A program made the translations under genes and the position numbers. 64,000 nucleotides of DNA from Chrysomallon squamiferum (Eukaryota > Animalia > Mollusca), in the NCBI GenBank assembly GCA_012295275.1, contig CM022668.1, positions 4,960,001 through 5,024,000 on the forward strand, given 5' to 3'. Positions within the stretch are counted from its first letter, which is position 1; each line of letters starts with the position of its first letter. Shown piece after piece: positions 63,343 through 64,000 of the stretch. The notes under the pieces were generated by a model. That model was not told the DNA's origin. It saw only the letters and a list, made by a program, of their open reading frames with translations, and did no database searches.

Positions 63343-64000
63343 CTGAAAGAAAAATATGTGAGGAAAAAAATCATTGAAAGAGAAAGTTACTTTCTCCCTG
63401 ATTCTATCTATATATACTTCTTTTTTTATCTCTCTGTCTGAATCATTTTACTTAAAAGCGGAATAATGTGTAAGGGAGAAATATCTATGGATGATATAAA
63501 ACTTCGGCCAGATGAATAAAAATTAAATGAAATTATAAAAATAATAGTAAAGAGGAAAAATAACGCTTACGTAAACATGCTTTTAGCGAAAAAAAATTTA
63601 TCTGTGTCTATGTACGTATGTATATTTGTATGTATGAATGTACGTATGTATGTATCTTTGATAAGAGTATGTGTTTATGTGCATGCACTGATATAAATAT
63701 CTGTTTCATGTATTTTTCATGCAGAAACTAAATTAACACAAGATATTTGTGTCTTACCTGGAATAGGAATTTCAAAGAGAAACAACAACAAAAATATAAA
63801 TAAATAAATAATAAAAATTATTATTTTAATACATCAGATAAAGAAAATTAAAATATGTTTAATGTAATGATATATCTATGTATGTAGATTTATTTACATG
63901 CACAAAGTATTTTAAAACTATAAACTGTACAAAATATTTCTGAACCTATTTAAGATTATTTAGTAGTAATCCTTTCTCAAAACGTACGAATGAAAACAAA

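Overview
AT-rich, microsatellite-dense eukaryotic (invertebrate-like) DNA with two 200-N gaps; nearly all ORFs in the supplied track are microsatellite artefacts. Reading splice signals by hand shows that the whole window is a duplicated cluster of about 11-12 copies or fragments of one family of small secreted proteins built partly from 9-15 nt micro-exons. The shared plan is: exon 1 (signal peptide ending xES/AQS plus a His/Trp-rich head, phase-2 donor); a 65-nt exon 2 (Cys-capped heptad coiled coil, phase 2 to 1); a run of 3 to 18 symmetric phase-1 micro-exons encoding a Thr/Pro/Ser mucin-like stalk; a 117-120 nt exon encoding a six-Cys C-x9-C-x5-C-x11/12-C-x6-CC domain (beta-defensin-like spacing); and an 11-nt coding terminal exon (DWG*, DMG*, YMR*). 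One copy (B2, 33099-37291, +) is complete and in frame (115 aa). The others show stalk expansion by intragenic duplication, exon-2 loss with frameshift, a nonsense codon, loss of the Cys exon, or run into gaps. Copy labels A-D are mine. All splicing is predicted from sequence alone; the organism and family could not be identified.
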